Assembly: GCA_030591525.1 (NCBI GenBank)
Contig: JAUVAV010000004.1
Location: 3,307-67,306 of the forward strand
Length of the DNA: 64,000 bases
Source: a candidate division FCPU426 bacterium
GTDB taxonomy: Bacteria > Oederibacteriota > JAAXVQ01 > JAUVAV01
Direction: 5' to 3'
The notes below the pieces were generated by a model. It was not told where the DNA came from, ran no database searches, and saw only the letters and a list, made by a program, of their open reading frames with translations. The position numbers were made by a program, and so were the translations under genes. Shown in pieces: positions 63,993 through 64,000 of this stretch. Each line of letters begins with the position of its first letter. The stretch's first letter is position 1.

Positions 63993-64000
63993 ACGATCCG

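Noticed and set aside
1-64000. tRNA and rRNA genes.
   Set aside because: No cloverleaf-compatible segments with a TTCGA-type T-arm, and no rRNA-like conserved blocks, were seen in the few intergenic regions. All GC-rich intergenic structure is explained by the repeat families.

Overview
This 64 kb window comes from a Gram-negative-type bacterium with OmpA proteins, an RND pump, LpoB, lipoproteins, many histidine kinases and about 50% GC. Its lineage cannot be assigned from sequence alone. Coding is dense and almost entirely on the minus strand.

The outstanding feature is one uninterrupted minus-strand reading frame, from an ATG with a good Shine-Dalgarno at nt 9275 to the left window edge. 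It is at least 3,091 codons and is still open at position 1; the ORF track omits it only because it has no in-window stop. Manual translation shows an N-terminal TM helix and a TraB/GumN-like domain, then an internal TM cluster. This is followed by an archaeal-type (class II) GAPDH-like domain, a winged-helix-like segment, a class 3 (Bacillus Fbp-type) fructose-1,6-bisphosphatase-like domain and a phosphoglycerate kinase-like domain. A triosephosphate isomerase-like domain comes last, followed by the start of a second TIM-like domain. Together these form a single-polypeptide 'gluconeogenic/lower-glycolysis metabolon'.

Elsewhere in the window are:
- enolase, a long PPi-dependent PFK and a second PFK overlapping a nifS-nifU-DUF368 operon;
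- purC, otsB, and an mtnA/PNP/HAD cluster;
- a pgeF-yggS-proC-yggT-DUF167 cluster, and coaX-birA;
- six histidine kinases/response regulators and a FIST protein;
- a cell-surface gene cluster: two large OmpA-family proteins with FlgD-Ig-like repeats, a PT-rich beta-propeller protein with a T9SS-like C-terminal domain, and an M23 peptidase;
- a small defense/TA island: an AbiEi/AbiEii cassette bracketed by 69-bp direct repeats derived from a vapC 3' end, vapBC, and an inverted-repeat-flanked single-gene cassette.

Intergenic regions are saturated with at least four families of small repeats (REP-like GTAGGGGC...GCCCCTAC hairpins, and MITE-like elements with GGAGCTTGAGCATTTAG or GTCATTCCGAG termini). 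No rRNA, tRNA or CRISPR array was recognisable by eye.
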